Positions 36,680 through 51,200 of a stretch of DNA of 64,000 bases are shown here, piece after piece. The stretch comes from Hypanus sabinus (Eukaryota), in assembly GCF_030144855.1 (NCBI RefSeq), contig NC_082730.1, positions 15,562,001-15,626,000 on the forward strand, in the 5' to 3' direction. The position numbers and the translations under genes were made by a program. Position 1 is the first letter of the stretch, and every line of letters begins with the position of its first letter. The notes beneath the pieces are model-generated. The model made no database searches. It was not told the origin of the DNA and saw nothing but the letters and a program-made list of their open reading frames with translations.

Positions 36680-38950
36680 TATCTCTGCTAGAATCTTTCC
36701 TCTAATACTTCATAGCTTGTTAGCAGCCTTGTTAAAGGCCTGCTGAAAATCCAAACACGCAAAATCAACTATTTCTCCTTTGTCTGTCCTGCTTGCTTTT
36801 TCTTCAAAGAATTTCAGCATATTTGTCAGGCAAGATTCTCCCTTAAGGAAACAATGCTGACTTTGGCCTATTTGATCATGTGCCTCCAAGTATCCTGAGA
36901 CCTCATCCTTAATAATCGACTCCAATATATTCCTAATGATTGTCACCGGACTAACTGGCCAATAGATTCCTTTCTTCTGCCTCTCTGCCTTCTTGAAGAG
37001 TGCAGTACAATTTGCAATTTTCCAGTCATCTAGATTCTTGAAAGATCATTACTAATGCCTCTGCAATCTCCTCTCTTACAGTAATCTGTAGTAATCTGGT
37101 ACAGATTATTATTCTACCCTCAGAACTTTCAGTTTTCCAAAAACCTTCTCTCTATTAATGGTCACTTCACACCCTTCATGACCCCTGACACCAGGAACTT
37201 CCACTTTACAGCTACTGCTTTCCATAGTGAAGACTGAAGCAAAACACTTTTTCAGTTCCTCAGCCATTTCCTTGATCCCCATTGTTACCTCTCCAGTATC
37301 GTTTTCCAGCAGTCCAATATCAACCCTCACCTCTCCTTTACAAGTCATGTATCTGAAGAAATGTTTGGTGGCCTCTTTAATATTATTGACAGCTTATTTT
37401 TCTATTCCATTTTTTACCTTCTTAATAACACTTTAGTTGCCTTCTGCTTGTTTTTAAAAACTTCCCAATCCACTAACTTCCCATTAGTTTTTGCTCTATT
37501 ATATTCCCTCCCTTTCACTTATATGTCGGCCTTGATTTCTCTTGTTTGCCACTGTTGTGTCATGTTTTCTCCAGTAGATTTCTTCCTCTTTGAGATGCCT
37601 ATATCCTGTGCCTTCAAAATTACTAACAGAAAATCCAGCCACCGTTGCTCTGCCATCGTCACTGCCAGTATTCTTTGCCAATCAGTTCTGACCAACTCCT
37701 CTCACATGCCATTGTAACCCACAAATACACAAATAAATAACTGCAGAAAATGTACCTTCCACCATAATCCCACAGGAGCATTTTAACACGAGAACAATAA
37801 ACAGTGCTAGTCATTAGAAATGCAGGGGCAGTTTGTCAATGACACACACACACCCCTGCCCTGGAGCATCACACTGTCCCCACCAGATGACTCAGCCATC
37901 CTCGGCAATGTTAGAGTTAGTAACAGAGTTCAAAGTCCCAGTAGGGGTCAACACTGCCACCTGGGGTGCTGAGAGTTTCTGGAGCCCTGGTTTGTGTGAG
38001 GAGAAAGGCAGGTCACCCTTATGTCACTTCCTTCCTTCAGCCTCACTGGGCTGGTGGCCAATTGCTGACACAGTGCCAGCCAGACCCAGTGGAGTACAAC
38101 TGCGTTCTGCTGCTCTGCCAACCACACCCAATACTCAGAGTGATAGCTGAGCACCTCTTCCAGTGACTTCCAATGGATTCCCAGCCTGGGAGATAGTTCT
38201 TTCTTCTGGGAGGGGCAATCGACCCATACTGGGGCACCATACAATGTATTGCTGCATTGACACCCTAGAATAGTGGCCTGCACCTTCTGAGATGTAGCAG
38301 AATTGCAGGAGAGCACCAACAGATCCACATCCTGCCTGTACCCAGTCCAGTAGAAGCATTCACACAGCTTACTCAACATCTTTGCAACCTCAAAATGACT
38401 GGCCCCCAATTCCCTGCACACAGAGCCCCAGCAGCTGAAATTCCCCCTCCTGGAGTCCAGCACCAACCTGATTTTCCCAATCTAACTGTATATTGAAGTC
38501 CCCTATGATTGTTGTAACATTGCCCTTTTGGCATGCATTTTCTATCTGCAGTTGTAACTTGCAGACCATGTCCTTACTACTGTTTGGGGGTCTGTATACA
38601 ACTCCAATCAGGGTCTTTTTTATCTTTGCAGTTCTCTAGCTCTATCCACAATTGATTCAAGACAATCCAATCATATGTCATCTATTTCTAATGATTTGAT
38701 TCCATTTTTTTTAACCAACAGAGTCACCCCACCCTTCTGCCTTCCTGCCTGTCCTTTGAATACAATGTCTGTCCTTATACATTAAGCTCCCAACTATAAT
38801 CTTCTTTCAGCCATGATTTAGTGATGCCTACAACATCACACCAGCCAATATGCAACTGCGCTACAAGCTCATCTACCTTATTCTATATACCCCACACATT
38901 CAAATATAACAGCTTCAGTTCTGTATTCACTCTTTTCGATTTTGTCCGCC
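36680..38950 (-). mobile_element. Fragmented CR1-like LINE with an embedded Gypsy integrase piece (37830-38420), shared with unit 1
   Basis: 'ILESIIKDEV..QSQHCFLKGESCLTNMLKFFEE', 'KEMAEELKKCFASVFT'. Paralogous to 7990-11220. Confidence 0.85.
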
Positions 38951-39209
38951 TCTTACATTGCAACTCATCTTGTTGATACATTTTCTGATCTTAACATTTT
39001 AACTCTTCTCAACATTCTGCTTAGTCTTTGGGAAATGTTTAAATGATGCTGTCTTCCTAAGTATAGCTAACAGCTTGCAGATTGTCACTTCCCACACCCT
39101 AGTTCTGGTTTTTGATCGAACTTTCTGCTGTCTTCTTCCTCATTTTTATTTCACAGTTATTTCTCTCTGAGGACAGAAAGGTCCTGGCTGGGTCTCTGTG
39201 AATAAAACG

Positions 39210-39246
39210 ATGTGGATTTTGGTTCTTCTGATCGGTTTCCTACCTG
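39210..39246 (+). CDS. Unit 2 leader exon (MWILVLLIGFLP)
   Basis: ATG, hydrophobic signal-peptide-like stretch, G|GTGAGT phase-1 donor. Confidence 0.88.
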
Positions 39247-42200
39247 GTGAGTTTCAGACAGCACTGGACACTTGAATAATCAGTGTTGGTTTGGTGGTCA
39301 TACACTGTTTCCACAACACGGATTGAATAACTGTAGACACTAAACATGTCAGAAAATGGAGCTCAGAGTTCAGTCTTTGAGGAACTAAGTGGATCAAGCA
39401 GCATGAGTCAGGGGGAAGGGAAATGTCAACTGTTTGGGTTTAGACTCTGCATCAAGTGTGAGCAGAGAGGGAGATGGTGTAAATAGGCGAGTGGAAGTTG
39501 TGAGATCATGGATTGAGGAGGAGTGAAGCACGACAGGCAAATGGAAAGGGGAAAGAAAACAGTGGAGTTTGGACGTGGCTGAAAGGTGCGAGGAGAAAAG
39601 GGGAATAGTGTGGAACCAGGTAGGTGGAGAATATGTCCAGATGGAGAAATCTCCTTGAGGCTGTTATGTGAGAACATCAGGTCTACCATTGCTGGAAACT
39701 GATCTCACTTTGCAGGGATCAATATGACAATCGATGTTATTGTTTTCAAATCAGTGTCTTTTTCAAAATGGTCCATTTCAGTGGGGAATTAGTAAAGAGC
39801 ATTACTAGTTCTGGAGTCAAAGGTAAACTGGGGTGTGGGGGGGGGGGGATGAGTGATTTCTGTCTCTAAAGGCCTTTCCGATCCAGATGGGATTTTGACA
39901 ATCTGGCAGTTCCTCACTATTATTATTGATACATGGCTTTTAATTCTGGAATTATTTAATAAATTGTACTTAATCACTCAATGTATCCTTACAGAAATTG
40001 AAATCACATCTGGATTTCTAGACACAAGTGGTAATGGCCACCGTTGCACCACCTTCTAACTACACATAGAAATATCTGACAGGTACAAAATGTGACATTT
40101 CCATCGGAACCAGAGGACACAGTTTCAGACATCGTGAACGGTTTCTTTCTGTAATTTATAAACTTTTCTTTAAGTGAGGAGGTCAGGATTTTGGCCTTAT
40201 TGAGAGAATTGAAATATGTCCTCATATCATTCTATCGATTCTCCGTCTCATCCCTAGAATTCCATCGAATCTGAGACACACATGCACACACATACACACA
40301 CACAAATAAACAATTGAGTGTCTCTCAAATGAAATAGCTGGGATCTCTGTGGGCATTTGAAAGGTTGGCATGTTCTGGGGTAATTGAAAGGTCAACACTG
40401 CGGCTCTCCCTCAGTTCTGCAGTGGAAGGTCAGCCCTGGGTTTCTGCTCAGGACTCTGGAGTGCGAAGTGAACCCACAATGTACTGACACAGGGGAGAGA
40501 GCACTGACACAGTAACAGCACTGACTGCACTTCAGACCAAAATCATTGGCTGTGGTGTCATGGACCGCATGCCTGACATGACCTGGACTGTTTTTACTGT
40601 AATGTTCATTAGATATCAGTTTGCATTAAGTTGTTCCTTTGCCCTCATATCTAAAAATGCCTCCCTCTGTTTCAGGTGCATTGAGGGCAGAGAAATATGT
40701 AAACGGAGTTGTGGGAAGAGCGATCACAATCGATTGTCGCTATGATGCAACGTACCGCTCACACACAAAGTATTGGTGCCATGGATGGAGTCACAAATGT
40801 TCAGTTTTAGTGGAAACAAAAGGGCAACACGGACGGAGTGGACGAGTGTCAATCACAGATTACCCGGAATGGGGAATATTTACTGTTACTACGGAGAATC
40901 TTCGCTCTGGAGATACAGGATGGTACAGCTGTGGAATTAAAACAACAGGTCTTGATCCGATGTTTAATGTATATTTACAAGTATCTGAGGGTAGGTTTCT
41001 CAGTGATTGACATTGTGCCATCATTAAAATAAATGTCTCATCCATGTTTCCTCTGGGAAGGGTCAGTGCATTAGATGTCCAGAGACGTGACACTGTGCCG
41101 ATCCCGGGGTAAGCTTGTTGAATACAGAATTGTCCATCTCGTGGATGTGTCTGAAGAACAGCAGTCTCCTCCTCCTCAGGACACAGCACAAGATCCTTGT
41201 CCAGACCCTGTCCCTCCCTCACTATCTCTGCATTAACATCAGTGCCAAATGTTCCCCTTTCTATACTGAACCCCTGTCACAATTTCGATATCTGTCACTA
41301 GCAAATGTCTCATGTGTTGCCAAATGTTCCCCTTTCTATACTGAACCCCTGTCACAATTTCGATATCTGTCACTAGCAAATGCCTCATGTGTTGGAGGGT
41401 CAGTGTTAATGTCCTGTGAGTCTTTCCAGGGATCCCTTCCCATTCAATACAGATGGTATGAAAAAAACTCATCTGGGAATCCAAGGATCTCAAATACCGG
41501 TGAGTTGACTCTGCATTGTCAATACTTCGACCAGACACATCATTATTACTGTAGAGCCTCGAATAGAGTTGAAATAAAGTACAGTGGAACGGTTAAAGAA
41601 ATAGTCTTCAAGAAAGGAGAGATCTGCAGTAACATGACAGAAATCAATGGCATCAGTAAGTTCTAATTTCAAGGATTTGATACATTTATTTATTTTTGTT
41701 GCTCGGTTACTGCTGCTCTTATACTTCTAGTGAGCGTAAGGAATTTCTTTGCATTTGTAGAAGGTACATATTGCAGACACCATGGGGTAGAAATAAAGAG
41801 TAGTGACCAGTTAAGTCTGCACTTTCTCCTTTAAGAAGTGGAGCATCTCAAATATCATTGGAATTGCACTTCCAGACAAATTAAGAGCATTTCATTCATA
41901 CTTCCAGGTTCTGCATTGAAGATGCTGGAACTGGTATTGAGTTGTGGGTCAGTGACACTGTCATAAAAATGAAAGGAAGGATATATAATATGGCAAATAT
42001 TAGTGGGATGTTACAGAATTGGGAAACTCTTAAAAAAACAATAGAAGGTCACAAGAAAAGCCATAAGGAGAGAAAAGACAAAAAATAAATAAAAACTAGC
42101 CAATAATATAAAAGAGGATACCAAAAAATGTTCCGATACGTGAAGTGGAAAAGAGAAGTGACAGTGGATATCAGACCACTGGATAATATGCTGGAGAGAT

Positions 42201-45200
42201 AGTAATAAGAGACAAAGAAATGGGAGATGAACCTAGTAAGTAATTTGCATCAGCCATTACTGAGGAAGACACAAGCAGTATAATAGAAATTTGAAAATGT
42301 CAGGGGGCAGAAGTGAGTGTGAATGCTATTGCTAAGGAGAAGCTGCTTAGGAAGCTGAGAGGAGTGAAGTTAGATAAGTCACCTGGACCAGGTGAACCAC
42401 ACCCCAGAGTTCTGAAAGTGATAGCTGAATAGACTGTGAAGGCATGAGTAGTGATGTTTCAAGAATCACTAGGTTTCAGAAAGTTCCAGAGGACTGGAAC
42501 ATTGGAAATGTCACTCCACTCTTTAAGAAGGAGGGGAGGCAAAAGAAAGGGAATTACAGGTGAGTTAACCTGACTTCAGTAGTTGGGAAGATGTTGGAGT
42601 CCATTATCAAGGATGAGGTTTCGGACTACTTGGAGGCATGTGATAAAATATGGTTTCCCAGGGGAACTCTTACCTGAAATAGCTATTGGAATTCTTTGAG
42701 GAAATAACAGGCAGGATAGACAGTCTGTGGATGTTATTTGCTTGGATTGTTGGAAGGCCTTTGACAAGGTGCCACACATGACGCTGCTAAACAAGATTGG
42801 AGCCCATGCTACGACAGAAAAGATACTCATGTGCATTGAGGATTAGCTGACTGGCAGGAGGCAAAGAGTGGGAATAAAGGGGGCTATCAGTGACTTGTGG
42901 TGTTCCACAGTGGTCGGTCTTTGTGGATGTATTCTGTACTCTTTAATTTAATCACACCCTTCCTCTGAAATTACACAGAGCAATTGAGGTGAGGTCTTGT
43001 GAATGTGCTTTATTGATGTAACATACCATCCCAACTGTACTTAATGACCCCTCTAATGAAGGCAAGCATGGTATATACTTTTGTCACCATTTTGTCCACC
43101 TGTGTTGCCACCCTGAGGGACCTATGTAGTTGCGGTCCTAGTTCTCTACTGTGTAAATTGTGTACAGTTTTACTTTATGAAAATGCATCACTTCACACTG
43201 CCTGAGTTCAATACCCTCAGCAGTTCCATTGGCTACTTTCCTAGTCAAAGGTCAAATTAATTTTTGTCAGAGTATGCATGCCATAAACAACCTAAAGATT
43301 CATCTTCTTGCAGACACCCACAAAACAAAGTAACACAATAGAATCCAGGACAAACCACACACAACAAATATCCAATGGGCAAAAGAGAATGAATCATGCA
43401 AATAATATAAAAATGTAAAGAAATAATACATAGAACCTGAGTCGCAGAGTCCCCGAAAGTGAGTCCACAGCTGCGGAGTCAGTTCTGTGCTGAGGCAAGT
43501 AAAGCTGGTCCAAGAGCCAATGGCATGGGTCCCAAGACTCCTGCAACTCCTGCCCAACGGTAGTAGCATGAAGAGAGGGAGACAGGTCAAATTCAGGCAG
43601 ATGGGACAGGTACATCACGCTGCATCTGCAAAACAAACAGCATTATGAAGGACCTCACGCACCCTCATAAAAACTCTTCTACCTCCTGCCATCTGGGAAA
43701 AGGCACAGAAGCATTCGGGCTCTCACAACCAGACTGTGTAACAGTTTCTTCCCCCAAGCCATCAGACTCCTCAATACTCAGAGTCTAGACTGACATCTAC
43801 ATCATTTATTATTACATTGTAATTTGTCCTCTACTGTGCCTATTGTCTTGTTTATTATTTATTGTAATATCTGCATTGTTTTGTGCACTTGATGCAGTCC
43901 TGGGTAGATCTGTATTTCAGTGTAGTTTTTGTAATGTTTCATGTAGTAACATGGTCCTGAACAACATTGTCCCGTTTTTACTGTGTACTGTACCAGCAGT
44001 TATGGTCAAAATGACAATAAAAAGTTATTTCACTTGACAACTTGATATTGGAAATGAGCAACATAGATGACAAGTAATTTGTAATAAATAATAGCAATTA
44101 TTCCAATGGCTCTCAACTGGTGATGAAGTCTAAAAGTTTCAAACAAATAACACTCCACTACCAATCAGACTACTTGCACCAAGTCTGTTCAATAACCACA
44201 TGCTAGCTTACCATGTGATCTCACATTACAGACCAGTCTACAATGCTAGACCTTGTCCAAGGCCTTGCTAAACTCCGCACCCTCATCAGTCCCTTTGATC
44301 AGCCCTTCAGAAAATTCAGCAGATTTTTTTGAGAGGTTCTCTCCTGCTCAAAAATCATGTTGACTATCCCAAATCAGATCTTGCCTTGGCAAATTCTGGT
44401 AGATCCTGGCTTACACAATCACCTCCAGTAAGTTAGCCACCACTGATCTTGTGCTCCCCTGCCTGGAATGGGATTGGATCAGTAAACTATTGACTCAGAA
44501 ATGTGGAAACACACTGAGACATTAGTGGACAGTGACAATGATGACTCCAATCAAATAAAAATCATTACTTGTGGAGAGCTGTGAGCACATGATGAGAGAC
44601 GATGCTGTTGTCTTCTCAGTCAATGTGGAATTCATTTTTACCAATAGACCGTGCGACAAATTCCTTAGAACACAGCAACAACTTTAAATAAAACATCTTT
44701 TTATTATTAATGATTTCCTTATCATTTGTTTTTTTGTGCTGCTTCAGTTCCAGGAGAGCAATGATATTTTTCTTTACATTTGTATGCAGGAAATGACATT
44801 AAACTGTCTTGAATCTGCTTCTGTACATTTGATTTTAACTGTCCAATTTCTGAAAAACTTTTCCCTCAGTTTCAGGTGCTTTATGGGCAGAAGTTAAAGT
44901 AAGAGGAGTTGTGGGAAGAGCAGTCAAAATCGATTGTCACTATGCATTAATGTACCGTTCATACCCAAAGTATTTGTGCCGCATCCGGGATCCCCAATGC
45001 ACATCGGTATTGTATACAAATGGGCAAAAGTCTGGAAGAATGACAATCCGAGATAACACATCCCAGGGAATATTTACTGTTACTATGGAGAATCTTGTCG
45101 CTGAAGATGTAGGACTTTACAGATGTGGAATTGCAACATCTGGCTATCAACCAGTGTTTGACGTGTATCTACAAGTAACTGATGGTAGGTTTCTCTTTGA

Positions 45201-48200
45201 TTGACTTGGTGTCTCCAGTAAAATGTCTGATTCGCGTTTTCTCTGGGAAAGGTCAGGACAGCACGGATATCCTGAAGCTCCAAAGCAGTGCGGAGTACTC
45301 CAGGGAGCAGACTGGAGTCGGGGAAACTCCAGCCATGTTGCACTCACCCATTGCGGGGTCTGATGCATAGACAGGACACTAATTTCCAGTGGGAGACTCA
45401 GCACATTTTCCTGTCTCTGAACTGGATGAAATGTCACCCTGTCAGAGGTTTACTTCAGACTGAAACTAATAATCCCATACTAACAATCAATGAGAAGCAA
45501 GTGTTACTCATGGACTAAATACCTCAAATTCATAAAAAGGGAATCAGTTCTCAGAGATAAACAGACTGTGTTCAGTCCTCACTGGGCAGGCTATCCCACT
45601 TTCCATCCCTGTTTCATGGACCAGTCACTCACTCCCCCACCCCACCGCCTTTCTCTCCATTCCTGTCAATGTGTTTCAATACGCCACCTGTGAAGGACCA
45701 GGGTAAACATAAAACTGGGAGAGCACACTCTCCCCTCCTTCAGATGTCATGCCCTAAGAGCATGATAAAATGTCTGTAGTGGTGTTGTCTCACCCGGGTA
45801 TGTGCTGGATGGTTAAACGATATGGCTACATTGCCAAATACCAGCAGGTGATACAGCTATTAGCATCCTTCATCCCTTCCATCCAACTCAGGGCTTTCTG
45901 GTCAGTTTCCAGGATGAACTCTCTTCCCAGGAGACAATACTTGAGGGAGTCCAAAGCCCATTTCAGTGCCAAGCATTCCTTCGCCACAGTGGAATAACGA
46001 GTCTCCCTTGGGAACAACTTCCTGCTGATGTTAGCCACTAGGTGACGATCACTGGGCTCTCCCTGCAAAAGCACCGCTCCCAAACCTCACTTTGAGGCAT
46101 CCGTCTGCAACACAAAATTTTTAGTAACGTCAGGACTACACAACACAGGGTTCTCAGCCAGCGCAACCTTGAGGTCCTTGAAAACACATTCAGCCTCCTC
46201 ACTCCACTGTAGCTGAGTAGGGCTCATCTGCCGAGTCACATCGGTGAGAAGAGCGAGCAGCACGAGAGAAATAGTTAGGCACAAATCATCTGTACCAACC
46301 TGACATTGCAAGGAATGACTTCAGCTGGGTCTTTGTCGGTGGACGCGGACAGGACTGAATGGCTTGAGGTTTGCGGGTCTGAGGTTTGATAACCCCGTTG
46401 CCAATAATATAGCCAAGATTTTCGGTCTCAGCCTTGGCAAGCTGACACTTTGAGGGGTTGACAGTCAACCCGGCTTCCTGGGGACGTCCAATGACGGCCT
46501 TCAGGCGATCTTTATGCTCCTCCCAGGTAGCACTATGAACAACAATATCATCCAATTAGGCTGCAGTGAAATCAGAAAATCCCAACAATACCTGATCCAT
46601 TAATCTTTGGAACGTAGCTGGGGCACCATGTGGTCCAAAAGTGAACTGATACAGACCCCATGGCATACAGAGGCTGTCAGCTCACGGAACTGTATAGTCA
46701 ACAGCACCTGCTGCTGCCCCGTATACTTGCAAAGAATATTGGCCAGATCAATAATACTGGGCTCCCAGGGCTCCTCTATTTCTGAGCACCTGGCCCCACC
46801 TTCAGACTGCTCCCCCACAACTCCAATTGCCACTGTCAATCAGCCAGCATTTTCCCTCCTCATACTACCTTCTTCATGTTGGGGAAAAAAAATCAAAACA
46901 CCTTTCCTGCAGGTCCTACTGCTGATCCCAGCACTGCCACCATATGTGAAGGACCAGGGTGAGCTTAAAACTGGGAGAGCAGGAAAAGGTGAAGAAAATA
47001 GGGGTTTACTTATGCAAAATGTTTACAAACTCAGCAGAAGAATTCTAGAGTCCAAACTTGAATCAACTAAGAGAATAGAACTTTGTTACAACAACATAGT
47101 AAATACTCTTCAAACTAAGATATACCACTTATCTTCTTCCTTGAGTTTTTACGGCAGTTGGCATCCACACTGTTGCATTACTGCCATCTTCAGGCTTTAC
47201 TGTCCCTCATTGACCACTCACTTGACTGCCTAAAGTCGTCTTTCCAGTGCAGTCGTCCTTAAAAACTAAACAACCATTTCCTCCCCTGATCACTCTCCCC
47301 ACATTACAATAAACCTTTAACACTGTTCTCTACCAGTCCTATTTTGTGTAATTGCTGTAGCATTTGTTGGCTTTCCTGTGCAAATTTCCTGCATGAAATA
47401 AGGATATGCTCTACTGTTTCAGTCTCCTGACATAGATCGCAAAAACCTGTCGGATGTTTATTTATGATGGCCAGAGTACCATTAAGGTTGCTGTGCCCAA
47501 TTCTCAGTCTACATATAATTACTTGCTCCTTCCGCTTTAGTCTCCTACTCCTTCCCATATCTACACTGTTCTGAACTGAATGTAAATGTCTTCCTTTTAT
47601 TGCTCTATCCCAATGCTGCTGCCTATGTTGATTTATCCTTCTCCACACTATGCTTTTCCCTTCTGATTTTGATCATTTATTATTGACCTCTACAGATCCT
47701 TTTTTGACTGCTGCTTTTGCCAGCTGATCTGCTGTCTTATTGGCCATAATACCCAAATGTGCTGGAACCCACATGAAAGTGACATTTTTGCCTTGTCTAG
47801 CCAGTCTTGAATTTGCAAACAGGATTTCATAAAGCAGATCCTGGTGTCCTCTAGCAGTACGTAATGCTTGCAATGGCCAATACAGAATTGCTACATATCA
47901 CAATATTACTACAATCAACCTGTGCACTCCATTCTAATACTAACAATATGGCAAACATTTCAACTACATAAAAACTCAAGTAATCCAGCGTTCTCTTGCT
48001 AATTTCCACCTGTTAACTTGGCATAACAATTGCAGACCCTGTTGCACCCATTTCTGGATCCTTTGATCAATCCGTAAAAATCTGTACGTCTTTATATTTA
48101 CAATCCCTATACCTATGATATTGAGTACATCAGCCATTTTATTACTGCATTTAATCTTAAGCAATTTCAAATCTACAGAGGGATTTTCTAATACCCAGAA

Positions 48201-51200
48201 AGGTCTGACAGGCCACACCACACTTGGACAAAACTCTTTATCATATACACCCATATCTTTTGCTGTTTGCTCTCCTGTCCAGCCAAAACTTTTTTGTGTC
48301 CTTTCCTTCTCCCAGCATGTCTCCAACACCTTTTTTGTAGGATGGCTATCACCATGCCCCCTTAAGTTAATCCAGTAATTGGCCTCCAGCTTCCCAATGG
48401 CATTTCATTTGCTTCAACTTGGAGTGCACACACTGGGGAAGTTCTAACTGCTCCCAAGCACACCCTTCGAGCCCGAGCTTGTGCGATATCCAGTTCTGCT
48501 AACACAGATTTTGCAGCTGACCTGTATACAATACTTCCATAATCTAATCTTGATCTTGTTAATGCTACATAAATATACTTCAGTGATGCAAAATCAGCAC
48601 CCCATTCCAAGCCAGCAAGACACCTCATGACATTTATCACATTTTTACATTTAGCAACTACATATATAACATGTTCTCTCCATGTTAATCTCAAGTCAAA
48701 GTGCACTCCCAAAAACCGAAAACTTCCAGCTCTCTCCAGCTACTTCCGTACAGAGTCAGATTAAGTCCCCTGAGCTTTTTCTTTGTAAAGAACATGGTTT
48801 CTGTCTTCTCCACTGAAAATTTAACACCCTGCTTTGTCCCCCACTCTTCAACTTGATTAATTCCATCTTGCATTTTCATAACTATATATTCAATATTTCT
48901 CCTTCTTTTCCACAAAGCCCCATCATCTGCAAACAATGACCTTCCCACTTCCATTGGTATATTTACAAATATATCATTTATCAAAATGGAGAATAAAGTT
49001 GGACTCACTACACTCCCCTGATGTGTCCCGTTTTCGACAATGTACTGGCTTGATAGCTCTGATCCTATCTTCAACTGAATAGAATAGTTCTTCCATTTAA
49101 AAAATCCTTAACCCAATTGAACATTGTCCCCTACCAACCAATTCCCATTAAAAGCAGCTTGATTAGGTGCCCCTCCTTCCATAACATATCATAAGCTTTT
49201 TCAACATCAAAAGAAACTGCAACCACTGTCACTTTATTTACTTGTGTTTTTCTTAGTTCGTCCTCTAGACACACCACTGGATCCATAGTATTCCTTCCTT
49301 TCCTGAACCCATTTTGATATATAGCCACCATACCTCTATTTTCCAGAAAGTACACTAATCTCTCATTTATCATACGTTCCATAAGTTTACATATATGAGA
49401 CGTCAAGGCAATTGGCCTGTAATTTCCTAGCCTGCTGGCATCTTTTCCAAGTTTCCTTATTGGTAATAATTATTGCCTCTTTCCAGCTCCCTGGTATTCT
49501 TCCTTCATCCCAGACTTTGTTATACAGAAGCAGTAGTTTTCGCAGACTTCGTTCACTCGGGTGTTTTATCATTCTATAGCATATTTCAGCTTTACCTGGT
49601 GCAGTCTTTCCTGTTCTATCTAGTGCCTTTCTTAATTCTCCCATGCTGAAAGGGACATCTTGCACACCGTCAAGGTTAGTTTTCCTACATAAAGCCTCCG
49701 TATTTTCAGCTTTTATTTTCTCTTCCTCTTCTTCCTATCTCAGACAAATTGTCAGAACTATGTACCATAATAAAAGAACTTGCCAACAACTCTGTCTTTT
49801 CCTTATTTGTTACTGCAATCATATTTCCATCCACCAGAACTGGGTACCTCCACTCTCTCCTGCCCCTCCCATCCTTTTTATCATCCCCCACACCTCTCCT
49901 ACTTGGGTTGTGCTTCCAATTGAATCACAATACTTCTTCCAGTGCGTCCTTTTAGCATGTCTTATTGTCCTCCTTACCACTGCCTGAGCTTGTTTGTACT
50001 GAATCATATGTTGGAAGTTATAAGTTCTTTTGACCAATTTAAAAGCCTTATTTCTATTTCTCCACTAGCTCCTTCATATTAACACTGAGGGAAACCCCAG
50101 AGATCACCCCCTTGCAACCATTGACCCTTTGTGCTCCAACTCTTACAACACTGAACACTTTGACTTTCCCGACATTAGTCTCCTTCATTGCCTTCTCCAT
50201 CTGCTCTTTAGTTTTACATCCTATCAGCAGGTTTCCATCTCCTAAAGTTCTCACATGGCTCACTTCCCCTTCTTGCCCTCTGATGATTTTTGTTAGATTA
50301 AACAGATTGATTTCCTTACTTCCCCCTTCCCCCTCAAATCTTACCACAATTTTGCCCTCAGGCCCTTCTCCTCAACTTCTCTTCCCTTATTTTCCAATCC
50401 ACCTACACTAGACCCACCTCCTTTCTTTCTCTTCCAACACATCACCTTCCTATTCTTTATCCCTCTCCCCACCTCTTCCCATTCAAACTCCATGCTGCTG
50501 CTGTCACTATCAGTCTCCCTCTCTACCATCCTATCAGAGTTTGCAAGGAACCACGTACAAATATTGTTCCGGACCTTGACAGGCTGCCAGGTAATATTCC
50601 CACAGAATGCCCCCAACAACCTGGCCAGCCCATATACCACTCATTGCCTGACTGTGGGTTTATATTCACTTTTGGCCAGTCCATAGTAAATTATAGGGAA
50701 GAGAAAACATCCCTCTCCTTAAAAAGATACGGCATAAATGAAGCAGCTCCAGAGAACACCCGTCTGGCTGTAGAAGAATGGCATAATCCAATTATCCAGC
50801 CCCATCTTAGGCTGGTGTAATGCAACAGCTCAGTTGTTTGCCAGATTATCAGGAGGATGGTTGGCTTCAGGACACTTTAATATGCCTGGTTGATGGTGTG
50901 CTGGTGATTGCAGCCGTTAAACTGTTAGGTGACCCCCTAGACTGTCTCCTTGATGCTGAGAGAGATTGTAACTCTGATTTCCACACTGATGCATACTCAG
51001 TATCATCACTGCTGTCCTGATCTGGAGTCCTGCTGTGTTCTGGGATAATGGCAGACACGGCAGGTCAGGCAGCTGCGAGGATTCAGAGACTCAGAGAGGT
51101 CGATGAGCTGCTGAGATTCCAAACTGGTCGGTCCTGGTCGAGATACAGAATTGCTGAAATCTTCAGAGTGTTTGATTTCCAGATGTTCACTGATTCTTTT

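Noticed and set aside
46607-47233. 208-aa + strand ORF as a novel gene
   Set aside because: It runs antisense across a Gypsy leader, PBS and LTR, with no recognisable domain or splice context.
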